This document shows positions 37,901 through 52,800 of a stretch of 64,000 nt of DNA, one piece after another. This stretch comes from Yuukianura sp. NJ FZ-2021 (lineage: Eukaryota), in NCBI GenBank assembly GCA_046563655.1, contig CM102284.1:6014001-6078000 (forward strand). The letters are read 5' to 3'. Every line of letters begins with the position of its first letter. Position 1 is the first letter of the stretch. The notes beneath the pieces are model-generated. The model ran no database searches and was not told the DNA's origin. It worked only from the letters and a program-made list of their open reading frames with translations. Made by a program: the position numbers and the translations under genes.

Positions 37901-40870
37901 CTTCACTTTCACTCCATTTCAATCCTATCACTCATCCGGAAGCACGTCATTGGTTCAACAGCAAACGTTCAACAACAATTAGTTCAACTGGAATTCTTCC
38001 AACTGATAGAACTTGGTTCAACCAGAATTAATTCAACTCCAACTTCATTTGGTTCGCTTTTTTAGAACATTTCAAGCCAATTTTCAATCGATTTGTCTGT
38101 GGATGCAATTTTAGTTGAACAAATTCAGTTGAAGAAACGGTTAAGTTGCATCTCTGGTAAATCAAGAGAAGATTCATTTTCAATTATTTCATTTTGGGCG
38201 GTGGAGCTGGAAGTGGCAGTGGTTGAGACGTGTTGAAATCCTCTTCATTTAACTCCTTCCTTTGGTTGTTTGGTGTGAATAAGTTGTGAGACCAAGGGCT
38301 AAGCCAAAGATCAATTTCAGAGTCCCTCTGCTGCTCTTTGGAAACAATTCCAACGTAACCTAACAATTCGAAGGGTCCCAAAGTCCCAACTAAGTCTTCT
38401 CCTTGAGCTCAGATAATCAGCTTATCATTTCACTTTCTCCCTTTGTCCCACCACTCTATTCCAACATCAACAGATTCATAGCACAAACGGAAAGGAGAAA
38501 GTCCTCTGAGACACACGCTAACACCAAACGCTCAAAACTTAACATTTCTCTCTCTTATCAAAACGCATCAACTCAAAACTTATTCAATTTATAACAAATT
38601 ACTTGTGAAACAAAGTCTAATTTATCTCAATTTTGATTAACCACGCACTCTACTTGTCCTTGGTTTTCAAAAATCTAGAAAATGGCTTACTTGATTTTTT
38701 TCTAAAATGTACTTTAAACTATTCAAAATTTTGAACAAAGTTAATTTTGGTTGAAAACTAAATAATCTCTGCTCCTTAGTGATAATGTTGAGAGGGGTTC
38801 TTTTGAAGTTGATGTTTGTGAAAGCAGTGAAAGTGAAACTGGTATTTGTCATTGTTTGGGATTCATTTCGGTTGACATGTCAAGCAGCCTTGGGAGGGAG
38901 CGCGCGGACTTTCCAGATTCAAATTGAACTTAAAAGATCTTACGATCTGCCTCTGTGATGCTTTTGGGCTAACCAATCTTCACTTTAGTTTAGACTTGGA
39001 ACTGTACAGTCACAAAGAGATTTCAATTAGACGCTCAGAGGTTCCCTTCATTGTATCAAAATTATTATCATTTCCAATTCCCAGCCAACAACTTCTATGT
39101 TAGCCTTATGCATCCAAAACAGGCTTCGTTTTCCGGATCATGATTTTCTTTGGTGGAACAGGAGCTCCACTGTTAATGAGAGAGCCTGGGGTATGGAAAA
39201 CTCAACTTTCTCCATATAATTTTGTGTAAGGTTACATTTAATATTTCAAAATTCAGTTTCCTCTGAGTTTCGGAAGTCAGGGGAAGGAAGATCGGTTGGT
39301 GACATGACAGGGACACACACACGCTTTGGTTCTAGGATCCTCATACTGCTGGAGTGTAGCAGGGGGAAACTGATCTTATTATAAATTAACCCCAAGTTCC
39401 AAACAAAACTATTCAATTCAAATCCAAAAGCTGAACTTGTCTCTTCAAACCCACTTCAATTCAATTCCCAACTGAGATACAAAATGCCAATCAAACCAAA
39501 ACTTTCACTCACCCTCTTCTCTCTTGTCTAAATTTATATCTTTCGTATTTCATAAAATACGGTTCATAAAATGAATGAAAAGCTAATTCAAAAACTCAAA
39601 ATTTCACTCCATATGGTATGACACGAATCAAAATCAGAACAATTAAAGTAACAAGCCAATCAGAGAGGGACGATGAAAAGAAAAATCTCGCGGATGGAAA
39701 TCGGCGTGAGTGAAAGTTTGTCAAAAATTGACGCGCGTGAAATGTTAGTAAAAACCGGCGTAAGTCAAAATTCTGTAAAATTTGTTGTCGCGAGTGAAAA
39801 TTTTCAAAATCGCCAAGAGTGAAAGTGCATTGAGTTGATTGCTTAGAATTTGGGTTTATACTGACCTGAAGTGCAGCAGCAGCTCGGCACAGGTCACTGA
39901 CCTGCGTCGGGTCAACCTTGACTTCTCCAGTGTACATGAAAGTCAGAAGAGCTTCCACTTCCCATTTTGAAAATCCTTTCAAAAACATAACAGCATGTTT
40001 GGATGGAGTTTCTTCCAAAATTTTTGAAAAGTAGTCCGAGTGACTCGCCAAAACGATTTTATGCGTGCCAATTTGCAATTGTTCGTCGTGCTCCCTTGAC
40101 CTGTCCATTCCATCTTCATCTGTTGTTGACCCATCGCAAATTAGAGTCACATCAACAAAAGTTCCAATTTCAAAATACTTTGAAATTTCCCGGGTCAATT
40201 GACCCGGTTGACCTTTCCATTCAAGGTGAACTGAAGATGAATTAGAGTATGGTTGGGGAAATGACACTCTTAAGTTCTCATGCTCTTCAACCGCTTGTTC
40301 CCCAGTAAAATTAGCATCCGAATGTGGGTAGACTGTTGATTTTTTGGAGAAAGTGGGATTTGAACTCGTAGCTCCTGCCGCCAAAGTCAAAGTTGTAGCG
40401 AATGTAGGAGGAATAATTCGATTAGTCTTTCCTCCAAGTCTTCTCCTTCTTTGTCTTCCTTGACGCTGCTGTTGAAACGCCGACTCTCCGCCACCTCCGT
40501 CTTGTTCTGAACAAGATGACGACGATGACGCTGATGAATCGGAATTGACTTGTTCTAAAAAATTTGAAATTTGATTCCCTTCTCCTGCCCCTGCTGCCCT
40601 CTGAAGTGTCCGATTCCTTTGACCTTTTAAGTTTCTTGAAAAGACTTTCTCCTTTTGCGGTTGCTGAAGTACTGGTCCTCCTAATGGAGACGCTGAATCG
40701 CTGTTAAGTTTCCGTTTTCGTAGTCTTTTGACTTTAACACTGCGGACTCTCTCTTCGTCATCGTAGTGAGCATTGTCTTCCCTTCCAGACCCTGCGATGG
40801 CTGGAGACAAAGGAACTGAAATGGGGGACGACATTGAAGACGTTCCAGAGGCTGCTGAGGAAGCCATCAT
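34924..40870 (-). CDS. rib: BTB/POZ and Pipsqueak-type HTH transcription factor ribbon, about 5 coding exons
   Basis: BTB: FVDVTLICDG...HKIVLASHSDYFSKIL...VEALLTFMYTGEV...AAAALQ|IRGV; Psq domain PRGGPPRAWSNADLTEALHNVWNKKMTTSQ|ASRIFGIPYNSLLMYVRGKYGKSL is characteristic of ribbon. Confidence 0.92.
39680..39827. repeat. Degenerate ~24-30 bp CpG-containing minisatellite in rib intron
   Basis: Recurring (GG)CG(T/C)(G/A)AGTGAAA(A/G)TT..TCAAAAAT units; the read-through ORF shows the repeats as FHSRQ/FDLRR/FHARQ/FHSRR. Confidence 0.55.
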
Positions 40871-43800
40871 CGATTATTAATTAGTCCTCGCTCTCCTCTG
40901 CTCCTACACCAAATTCAATTAAAATCACAACTTTCTCTACTCAAATCCAAAGGGGAAAGGAGGGGAGAAGAAAGTAAAAATTTCGAACATGCATTTTCAA
41001 ATTTTCGACAAAATTGTCCAATTTCATTTGCACTTAATAACATTACTTACTCAAAAATGGCAAAATCCTGACTTTCTTTTCTCAAAATTTAACTTTTCTA
41101 ATGGTTTAGCCGAGGCTACCTTCATATGTTTCACCTAATGCGGCTTCGTATGGAGTCAATGAATAATGAAATGATACATGTACTAGTGAAAGCAAATTTA
41201 GGGGGGGGGGTTGTGATGCTGGGGGGGGGGGGTGAATGTTTCAGTGCTACTCTTAGTTCCAGCATCTTGGATCCCTCCTATGTTCAAGTGTGGAAGTCTG
41301 TCCAAGTGCTTCTTAGTTAAATTACTTCCAAAGTTTCTCATTGTGCTAAGAATAATGGGAAGTGGCAGTGAAAGTGCCACACGTGCCCTTCCCCCCTTCT
41401 TTCTCCAAACGGCAGCATTTCGCCACGGTTCCACGGTGTGGTTCTAATATTCCACCGTGGCAGTGGAGTGATATTCCTTTGGTTTCCAATGTGTATTTCC
41501 CTAATGCTGCTGAAAGTTATACTGGAGAGAAGGCATTACAACCGTAATTAGCTTCCAGCCTGATTTCAATTGGCCTTAGACAATGGGTCCTTTCCACTCT
41601 GCTGCACTTTCACATTCACTTCGGGACCTTTTCATTACAACAACGACACCGTTATTACTGTAAACCTCCGACTAGGACCCAATGGTTCGGCTTGGCGTCT
41701 TTCTCAAATTAGCGTTTATACTAATTTACAATGCAGGAGACCCCAAAATTTCATAAAGGACTGATTTGCATTCAGAAAGTGAAAGTTTTTGACAATCTGA
41801 TAGTTTTTTGAACAAAAAAAATTATCTTTCGTATTCCCATTTTTAGGAAATTCTTCGACACTTTCTCCGTGTGTTTTCTTTTAAGTGGAATTTTGACAAC
41901 CGTTTTTCGATTATGACTTAGTCACACTTCCGGATAAAATTGACATTTGTTTTAGAAACGGAGCGTAGGAGAGCATGGGATTTGGGTTTTAGCCTTTTAG
42001 ACATGAAAGTTGCTCATAAGTGGCTAGATGGTTAGGAGATGGGCTTCTAATAGCTTCCTCTTCTGTAAGAAGATCAGAAGAAAAGTAAGGAGAGAAAAAG
42101 TCTCAAAAGAAAGCAGGCTCCGAAGAAAGAAGTTTTTTTTTTGGAAAAAAAAGAAGAAAAAGTAAGAAGGGCTCAAATGCCCGGGAAAGAACTTATTTCG
42201 GTTAGTCGGTTTTTGAATCTCTTCCTTCCTCCAACAAACTGTCTCCTTTCTCTCAACTTTCCCTTTTCAACTTTTTTCTAGACACAAAAAACTAGGTTTC
42301 CAGGAAGTTTTGTAATACTTACGTGAGACCAATTTTTGCACTTGCACTTGACCTTGAACTTGATTTTTTTTAAGTTTTTTAAAATTCAGTTTGATCCCTG
42401 ATTAACTCGTAAGTTGAGGTAGTAGATTTCTTGACTTTATGTTTTACCCGTAAAACTTTTAAACATTTACACCCGTTGAACGACTCAATTCAATTTTTTT
42501 TTAAAATTATGTTAAAAATTTGGTTATTGAAAAACCCGTATACAATCTGAGGTAGATTTTGCTTTCACTTTGGCTTTGTTTTAGTTTTGAGGTAGATGAA
42601 AACTTTCAAACTTGAAACTGGATAATCTCAAGACACAACAAACTTTTTCTTTTTTCAATTTTCTAAAAATTTTCACTAAAAGTGAGGTTCAAAAAATTCA
42701 AACTTCTTGGAATGCTGCAAGAACTTGGGATGGACACTGGGCACAGAAGAGGTAAGTCAAACGATAAAGGAGGGACAAAAGGAAAGGGAAACAGGAGGAG
42801 GGTGAAAGCGGCTTTTTTCCCTTAAAAAAAACTTTTTCCAAAACTTTTTCCAAACTTGTTTCAAAAATCTTTAGATGATCAGAAATTTTGTGATGAAATT
42901 ATCTTTTTCTTACAAACTCCATGACTTTTTTCAACAGAAGAAAGTCCAATTGAGTGACCAATTGACCGAATTAAGTCCGCTTTCACCCTGCTTGGACCAA
43001 TTGGACTGACTGTGGAGGGGTGAAAGTGTGAAATTTTGGAACAGAGGACAATAGGACTCTGAGGAAGTCGGAAGTTAGGAGGGAAGGAGGCCGTGACCGA
43101 TGTGTTCTGTGTTCCGTTGGCGTGTGATGTTGATGTGTGTGGTGGGGAATGAGTTTTGAAGGAACGGGGAAAGTACAGTTAAAAATAAGAGAAAACTAAT
43201 ATGCAAGAGAGGCTGACTTTGGTGGGTGAAAGTGGCGGAGCATTGCATCCTAAGGCCCCATCCTAACTTTCACTAGATGTGAATGTGAGTGAACACTGAA
43301 GTTGGGAATATATATGGATGTCTCCTAAATATATGAAGATATGCATGTCTCTATGAACAGAAAAGCGAAGGAAGAAAGGGGTGAGGAGCGTCAACAACGC
43401 ATTCCTCCGAACCCAAACTTAATGAATCCGATTAGACAATAGACAGGCACAACGCAAGCGCCCACAACACACTACTCGCCCTCAACTAAACGCAAATTTA
43501 AATTCAGCCAGACACTGAAACAGGATGAGCAAAGGCCTTTCTCCGTTCCTTTCTCCTCTAACACATATCCTATTGTTTCACAAATTATTCACAACCGTAG
43601 CCTAACTTTAACAATTTTTCAAATTAATGAAACTTAATTTTCAAGTTAAGTTTTAAAAATAATAACCTAACCTTTCATAAGTTTCTGCAGGACAACACAA
43701 CTAAACTAACGTGGCCCAATAATTTCATGAGAATGTGATTTGTGAGAATTTATGATAAAAGAGAAAGCACAAACTACGCAAAAAAGAAAGAAAAAGTTAC

Positions 43801-46800
43801 CCCACCGACTTTCTCTCTTTCTCGTTTTTTTCTTTGAACCTAGAAATCGTTAATTTTTGGTGTGTATGAATTTTTCTTGTAATAAAACGTAACGCTAACC
43901 CAAAAAAAAAATGTTTGTGTTAAATTTTGCATTCTCTGGTTTTACTTTCTCCGGTTTCAAAAAAAAAGTTTATTCAAATGTTGGTTTTAATAAGTTTCGA
44001 TTTATTCCCAATTTTGTCCTTGCTTGTTCTTTTTTCATGGTGAAAATGATTTTTTCCATGTAAGGATTTTTTTCTCTCCTGTTTTTTTTTCTTTTCAATT
44101 TTCCTTGTGCCTGAGTTTTTGTTTTGAAAATTCCTAATTAAAAAAGTCCTTGTTTTCCTTCCTCCTTTCGGTGAATTCATGAAAGAGTTAGAAAGGGGAA
44201 GGAAGCGAAGTAATGTAGGGGAGTGGCAGTATGTGAGAAAACAGAACTTGGGTTGTTGTTTTTCCCCTCCCCTCCAACCCCCCACTTTACCCCTCTCGAC
44301 CCCGAGGGGGGTAAAAACACGACTTTCTCCTTCCAGGCAAAACCCGTTTCCTTCAAGTTTTAAAAAAGAAAAGTTCGGAGGGAGTTTTTGAATGTGTGTT
44401 CAAAAGCCTCCCCTCCCATGTTTCCCTCTAAAATAAACCGCTCATCTCCATAACTTCTGCATGCTACCCGGGTTTTTGTATCCTCTCGGCTATCAGAAAT
44501 CGGTTTTAATTCATAGTCTTTCTAATTACTATGGAACAGCACAGAACTGTTACAAAACTCCCGCCTTTTGCGATAGCCTTCTAACTGTTATACTGTAACA
44601 GAAACACAAAAATGAACTCTTCTCCCTCCTTTTCCCCACACTTTCCTTTTTTGAAATTTTGAAGTTTCCCTCACATGCAAAAAACCACCACCCTTTCATT
44701 GGAAAAGCGGCTTTTAGGGGGACTTTCTGGAAGGATCCCCCTGACACATGTGAAAAACGGCAGAGAAAGTGACTTTCCCTAAACGAACTTTAAAAAATGA
44801 GCTCATCAGCAGCATCAGCATAGGCGGCTTCATCTCTCAACCATCTCCCTTGATTTTTGTTCCTTCGAAAACTAAGTTCTTAATTGAGCCTTCTGATGAG
44901 TTATGGTTTTGGAAGTGACAATTTTGAATTTTTTGAAAATCTCCCCCGCCTCTCCTTTTTCCTTTTGTTTTTTGAAGAAAATTAATGAAAGCGAGGAGAT
45001 TTTATCCTACGGAGGAGGTTAGACTAAGGGCTTACACAACAGCAGGTTTAGACTAGCATCGGCTTATTTTTGGTTCCCAAACCTAACTAACCTTGTTCGC
45101 GCTTTAGTTTGAAATAAATTAACCCAGCATTCAAGGTTTTGGTGAAAATTATTGGCGCGAATTTCTTTTCACATTTTCTAAAAACTCAACATTTTCGCCT
45201 CATTTTTGAAGTTTATGGTTGAAAATTTCCGGAACTTGTGGCTTTTATGAAAGGAAAGTAGTTTAAAAACGGAATGTTTTTGTGAACAAAATTTTTGGGA
45301 CGTATTGTACATATTTATTAATGTGAAAATTATAGATGCTAGGCTGATTCCAATTTCGTTCGTTGGAGCAATCCATGTGAGTAGTTTCAAAAAGTTTCAA
45401 TTTCAATGTTCAAACTCACTGGAGCTTTCTTTTCCATTTTTTGTCAAGAGCAGTAAAAAAAAAGTTCTTGGAAAAAATCTACCCGAAAAATTTCAATGAG
45501 AACCAAAAAAAAGCAAGAGTTTCAACTTTTTCTTAAGCAGGAGAAAGCTTAATGTCATTAACAGGAATAGAAAACAAGAAAGATTTTTTGTCGATTTTTC
45601 TGTTTTAGAAAAGAAAAATGAAGAGGCACTATCATTTTAATTCAATGATTTTTTTCTCTCTCTTGGTTTTTGAATTGTAACTTTCTCCACCCCTCTCTCC
45701 TAAAACGAGAAAAAAATTTTGTGTGCCTGAAAGTGAGAGACAGGAACCCATCCATCCGAAAACCTAAAGTAAAAAGTATAACGTTAGTCGAGTGCTTTTT
45801 CCCCTTTTGTTTTTGAGGTTTTTAATTATAGGGAACCACATAATGAGCTCTAGGAAAATTAACAGTGGATAGCTACATCTCTCTCATTCCAATCTCAAAA
45901 ATTATCCATTGGAAACATTTCCCAAGAGCATTTTTCTCCAATTTTAACATTCAAACTTTCCCCCTGAGTTTAGTTTTTCCATTTCAGCCTAACCTAACCT
46001 TTTAGTAACAAACCCTAACCAAAAACTGTCACAAGAGACAACTTGTTTTAAAAATGCTTTTTGATTTGCAAAACTCCTTGTTTAAAAAAAGTTAGGCTGA
46101 ATTGCCTAAGTTGAACTGTGCCGTTTGTGTTTGTATTTTCTCACCCCTAAGCTGTTAGACTCTATTCCACTTTCCCCTTCACTTTCGGTTGGAATTACAG
46201 GGTTTCATTCCATTACACTTGACACGTACACATTTTATTCATTTGATTTCCTCTATTATCCTATGCCCTGTGTGTCCTCTCAGCCTTCGGAGCTAAGCGG
46301 CAGTGTTTTGGCAAAGGACTGAGACAAGGAGAAAGTTATGGCTGAGGATACTTGAAATATACTTCAAATGGGTTTCCATCTTAATTGCGCTTTCTCAACT
46401 TGTAACTTTATGCTTCACGAAACACCTAACCTAACCTTTAGACTGCTAAACATTCAACATTCAAGTTCAATGAGACCTTGATTTAAAACCGCTTGAGCAA
46501 CTCGGAGGCGGCCTTTCGCAAATGCTTAAAAAAAGAGAAAAGAAAGAGAAAAGATTTCTTCCAAAGCCGAAAAAATTGGGGAGAGTGAAAGACTTAATAA
46601 AATTTTGAATCAGGAAAAATATTCTTGTTTCTTTTTTTTAGGTTTTTAAACTTTCTACTACAGCATTTCTCGTGTTGAATAGAAAACAGGTTGTGTTTTT
46701 TGTTTTAAATTTTGTTTCTGTATAGCTATGTTGCGTTAGGATTTAGCATTTGCAAATTTTAGTCTCCGAGTTGAACAAACTGCTGACAATGAAATGTTAT

Positions 46801-49800
46801 TTTTCTGTGGACCTACTTTCTTCCTGGGTTCTTTGCTCTTTCGAAATAATGTGAAAGAAGTGAAATAAATAAGAGGAATATTGACGAAATTAAAACAATC
46901 AGTTGTTGGTGGAGGGAGTAACTATTTCCTTTTGCAAGGGAATGTCGAGGGAGAGACTCAAGTGCTACAATTAGGGTTCCGAATGAGAAAAGACTCTGAG
47001 TGCAGCAGGAGCAGTTCTTAATGGAAGGAGAAAGTTTGGAGAGAGAAAGTTGGAATTTCTCCATTTTCCATTTTCTTTAGCCTCCTCGAGGAGGAACCTC
47101 GTGTGGGATTAATTATTTTGTCAGAGATTATAATTTGAACTCTTAAGAAAAGGGCGGGGTGGGGCTTTGAGGGGCGGTGGGACTATGGTGGGGCTGCTTT
47201 CTCCCATCTGTCTCTCCTTCTAGCTAGGAGCCAGAGTTCCTTTGTAAATATTCATGTGGGTACCATCACCTATGTCTTTCTCTACACTGTTAGCTATATG
47301 CTTTCACTTTCCCACCGCCCCCAGATTCCAGCCCTCCAGAATCCTGGAGGAGGAGATATGTCGAAGGACGCGGAGACTTTCTCTGCCTCTCTCCCTTGTT
47401 TTTCGCCATGTACATCTTCATCAGAGGGCATAGGAGGAAAGGCTTTCGTTGGAATTACTTTTGCATTAATTTCTTCCACACACATTCACTCACTCACTCA
47501 GACTTTCTCCTTCCTCATTTCCATTTTCTTCATTTATTCTACTTTCTTTTAATTCAAAATGGGAACTTCTCCTTTCTCTTTCCAGAAACAATCCATATCC
47601 AACCACACTACTCCCGGAACACATTGAAATTTCAGTTTTGTGTCCCAACAAAATCAAACATTTTTAAAAATTTAAACCCAAATTTCAATCTAAGCGCTTT
47701 TTCAATAATCATCTCCTCAGTTAACTCCAACTGTAACCTCAAATTCAAAAATGTCGGTTTCAAAACCAAAATGATACATTCACAACTCAAGGAAGAAACA
47801 AAAATTATTAAAAAGAAAAGGTTCGAAAAAAACAAACAAAAAACGATTGTTTGAAAATTGAATTTGGAAATTGAAATTCAAACATTTTGGAAATGTCTGG
47901 TTATTTTGGCGAATCATAACAAGCTAAATATTACCGCATGGTACCCTTGTTAACTTTGAACAGAGGCTTACAATTTCGACATGGAATCTAGAAACTTTTA
48001 GACGCTTTTTTTTGGAACTAATAGAAGTATTTTGCAATGTAGAAACTTATCTTTCAAAGTTTCTCTAAAATTGTAAAATTATCAAGAGTTTTAACACCCA
48101 AGTGAGTTGAAATTGCGGTGAAGCTGGTTAGGGTGACTGAGTATGTTACAAATGACTTCCGTCTTCCTTGCGTCTTTGACAAAAGAAATTGGCAACAATA
48201 GGACAGAAGTATAGAAATGAATTTTGACACTAACTAATTTGTCTCCCTCAAGTCAAGTGGAGATACTACATGCAGCTACAACTAAGTTCCTTTGGAGTTG
48301 TGTAGTTGAAATTGTTCAAATTCAAATTCTTAAAATAGAACTTCCAAAGTGTGTTTTGATTTGTGTGACTGTGATTTCCTATGCCTAATTTCCAATTACT
48401 CAAAAATCTTTTTGAATTCTAACAATTCTCTCCCACAATACATCAGCAGAAGGCTAAGTATGCATAATAAGGACCCACTTGACATGAGGAACAACAATGC
48501 AACTTTCTTTCATCATCTTCACATAAGGTGAGAACAGTTTTACGAAAATAAAATATGGAAGTGTCACTTGGTTCAAAATTTTCAAAGAAAAAAAAAGCCA
48601 AATGAGAAACAATTCATATGCTTCTTGGCTTTACACAAAGGTACACAATTTTAAATTTTTTTAAAAATTGAAATTGATATATGAGGCGGTTGAATTTTTT
48701 AGCAAAAGGTTAGTGACCGCTTTCGAAAACAAGAGTTTTAGAAAAAATTTTCAAAATTTTGATTCCATCTAGCATAGAAGTTTCGTTGCAATTCAACAAA
48801 CCTGATTAAACATTTTTTCAGAGCCAGTGTTTGTGCTGCATTCTTGTGTCCGGCGTTAAACTTAAGATTAGTTTTTCTTTAATCACTTTCACTTTTTGAT
48901 ACTAAAATGTGTAGTTTTGAGTTCAGCTTGTTTCAGAAATTCAAAATTGTGAAAAATATAAAACTTTTGAGCGTTCCAGCGGTCCTTAAGGGCTCCACCA
49001 CTAATGTAGTAGCTCTTAAGTGTCCAGGTAGGTCTGAAGGCACTTGAGGAAAAGTAAGATGCACTTTACAGAGAGTGTGAAGGTGCGGGATTGGAATGAG
49101 TGAGACTGTTTAGAAATGTTTATAAGTTTTGGAATTGCCTCCTAATAAAAGTAGGGTAACAATGCACACTCTTTGGAAGTAGATACCCTGTGAGCTCCAA
49201 TTCCGAATTGGCAGAAGAGGAACAATTGAAATTGGAGAACGCATCTTCTGAAGAAGATGGGACCAAAGCCCAAGGTTTTTTCTTGGTAAGGCGACATAAG
49301 GAGGACAGTGTCTAAGGTAAGAGATGCACCCCCTTGTAAACCTCAGACTCCGTCACATCACCCGTCTCCTCCAACAATTCAAGTCACCGTGATCAACAAT
49401 CAATTGACACTTGACATGACATGGACAAGGAGTCCCGGTTGTACACAAAATCTTAAAAAACATCCCTAACATCCTACGACATGTCAATCAATCTGTGATT
49501 ATGTGTGAAAATGTAATTTTCTAATGTAAAACTTCCATCTTCTTACATACTAACATTCGATACGCTACTCAAAGTCCAAAAATAGCCTGAATTTTTAACA
49601 TTTGAGCAAAAATTGATTTCCAATTTGCAAATTTCTTAGGAAAAATGTGGAACTTTCGATGCTCTTGTTCACATGCATCACCTCGATAAAATTTTTATGA
49701 AACCCAACTCACCACCCAGTGGGTGCTAAAAATTGATTTGCAAATAGCAATTAAATGTGCAAAATTGCTTTGTAATTGCTAACAAAAGTCGTAATTCATT

Positions 49801-49847
49801 CTCTCCACACTTAGTGATAATTACATACACTTTTGCTACTATATATG

Positions 49848-49896
49848 AACATAGTGTTTAATTGTCCTTAACATAGTGTTTAATTGTCCTTAACAT
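49848..49896. repeat. Perfect 22-bp tandem duplication
   Basis: AACATAGTGTTTAATTGTCCTT twice, then AACAT. Confidence 0.9.
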
Positions 49897-52800
49897 GTTA
49901 GGTTATTAAGTGTCTAAAACTATCTATTGTCTCTTTTTTCTTGTAAACAATTTAAATAAACAATAACATTTTTTGGCCAACTAAAACATAAATTTACATC
50001 AAAATGTTTGGAGTCTAGCACGCTATTCTGATTATTTTTTGAAAAAAAGACGAACTTTCGGTAAAAACGAGACTAAAAAGTAAAAGCTAACCAAAAAAGT
50101 GATGCCAGTTCCGTTGTTTCTGGAAGGAGTCCGAAGTATTTTCCTTATCCTGTAAGAAATTATGTATGGAAAGCGAAAGCAAAGGAATAACCATTTCAAT
50201 TCCAAATTTCGAGGTTTCTCCAGTGAAAGTAAGGCGGCAGACACCAGCGGATAATAATTTGAACTTTCACCCATCATCTCTCCTCTCCCTTGTGAAAACA
50301 GGGAAAAGTATTCTCATTTTCTTTGCATTTTTAATCAAGTACTTTAACTTAAACCCTCTCTCGTCCATGCTTTTCACCTCCAAGGAACATAACCTAACAC
50401 AACACGTTAACTTAACAAAACATTCATTTTCACTCCAGGCAAAAACGACAAAATTTCTTTGTTCTTATCACGTTAGGTTAGTCAGCGAATCACGTTAGGT
50501 TTAGAGCTTTACGTTAGGTTACTTAGGCTACGTTATCCTAAACTAGGTTCATAAACTTAAGAGATGCGGAGACAAAGTAGAAAAGATATGAGTAAACCTT
50601 ATGATGAAGAGAACTTTTTAAGTTATGGCTTCTCTTTTGTGAAAACGGGATTTTTTTAGGTTTTTTCTTTTTAAAAAAATGGTGAAAGCTTGGAAGGAAT
50701 TTGAAGTTTCAAGATTTATGATGATTTCCTCAGAAATTTGGAGTTTGAAGGCTCCGTGTGAATGTTAGGCTAAGGTAATGTTAGGGTATTGTTCTACCTT
50801 GGTTAGGTAAACCTCCATAAACTGAGATATTTGAGATTTCGGAAGTTGTTTTGAAACATAAAGTTGTTTTTGTTCAAAAAATTTAGAAAATCTAAAATTG
50901 GGACCTGCTTGAACAGGTACTTGGACGATGGTGTCATATCAAAGAAGTGAGACACGACTGTGAGCAAAACGCCCTTGATTCCCAGCGTAAGCCCTTAAGG
51001 GCTCATCACTTTCTCTCTTCCTTTTGTCAAGTTAGACCATGCTAAGCTAACTTTTGGGCGAAGAACAAACCAATTGAAGTCCTATTGTTCTCACCTGTCC
51101 TGTGTCCTTAAGGGTCCTCAATTTCATGACGCATTGTCCATGTCCTTCTCCTGTGCGATTCAATTGTTATGTCCAGGGTGATCCCTTTGTCTTGGTCAAC
51201 AACACACCCCTAAGTCTCTGCTCACATAACAATTTCACTTGTCTCCTTTCCCTTCACTCAACGTGTCACTTTCAAAACAAAGTCTTAAATTCTTGAAAGC
51301 ACCTAACCTAACCTTTAGCCTAACAAGTGAGGTTAGTTTTTGGAAAAAATGGAAGTTAAAATTGAGATGAGCTATGAAAACTGGAGCATTTATTGACCAT
51401 CATAAAAGACACAAGAAGATTGACAAAAAGGTGAGGATTCGTAACTGTTTTTGGTGAAGGAATGTCATGGAGGAGTCACACGGAAAGATTTACCTGTGAC
51501 CCATATTAAGGATTCATCCTCCTGAGCACTTAAGGGCTCCCTTAGCTCAGGCTAAACCGTGGACCATAAAGTGACATTGTGTCTGTCAGATGACCTCAAT
51601 TGATCCGTTACCGTTTCAAAAATTTCACTCGTGTCGTCTCTTGATTCGTGGCGCTGATTACACAAAACCAGGTCCGTAAGGACACCAAATCCGAAAATTT
51701 TCGCAAAATCTGAAAAAAAAACTGCAAAAATGCATCCGAAAATTCTGCTAAAACAAAAACTCCCTTTTAGGCAACAAAATTTGATTCTGCACCTACAAAG
51801 CATGATTCTAGAACGACTTTTACTGCATGACCCGAAGTTGACCTCTTGCTGAGAATGTGACAGGTTCGAAAGTCCACACCCTTGTAGTTCCCGCCTCCTC
51901 GGCCTCTGTTTGAACACATTTGAACATACCACAAAGGACCTCCCTTTCAAAAAATATCCTATCCATTTTCCTGTCTCCCTCTCCTTAAATCCGTAACTTC
52001 TATCGCTGTCAATTTCACCTTCATGTTTCTGTGTTATTTTTAAAATTTGTTGCCCACAAACTTTAGTTGGCCACGCTTTGCCTCTTTTACACTCAAAAGT
52101 CATTTTTCGAAATCCATTTTTTCGTCACACTCGAATCTCAATCCAGAGAGAGGAGCGACAGTTGTTGAGTGTTAGACGTGTGCGGATGTAGCATTTTTGG
52201 GGAGATTTTAAAAATCTGTGTAGTAAACCATTTACCACACATCATCAATTGTCTTTCGTTTGGTTCTGTAAGGAGATGCTAAGCAGTTGGAAGTCAAACT
52301 GCTGAACCATATATGATTCGATCCGGACCGAACATGATGCACACCACACCTTAAGTGTATCCTAACTTCAATTTGTTCCTCATCTTGTCATAGTCATGTT
52401 GAAATTGAAAAGATTTTGCAACTTAACAGAGGAACCCTCATCATTTTTCGCTTCAGTAGTTCCTAAGATCACTTCACTTTTTTGGATGCTGCTTCTGATG
52501 CTACTGCATTGATGATGACACGTTTGGGTTCAGAGGTGCCAAGTCAAGTAGAAAATTCTTTTTCCAAAAAAACTATGTAAAAAACTAACTTTTGTTGTCA
52601 AACTTTCCAAGGTGTGACTGACTTCATGCCTCTAATCAGCAGAAACTCTCAAGTCCTTCACAAGGTGTCAAAATCCTATAGTTAATCAGTGCACTTTTAA
52701 CAAAAAGTCTAAGATTTGCGAAATTTTTTAGAAGGAAAGGTTAAGGCTAGGTGTTATAATTAGGTTAACGTTAGGCTAGGTTATGGATTTAGAAAAAAAA

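Noticed and set aside
39596-39865. C-terminal 90 aa of the 424-aa BTB ORF
   Set aside because: Intron read-through past the CAG|GTCAGT donor at 39866; BTB continues as IRGV in the next exon.
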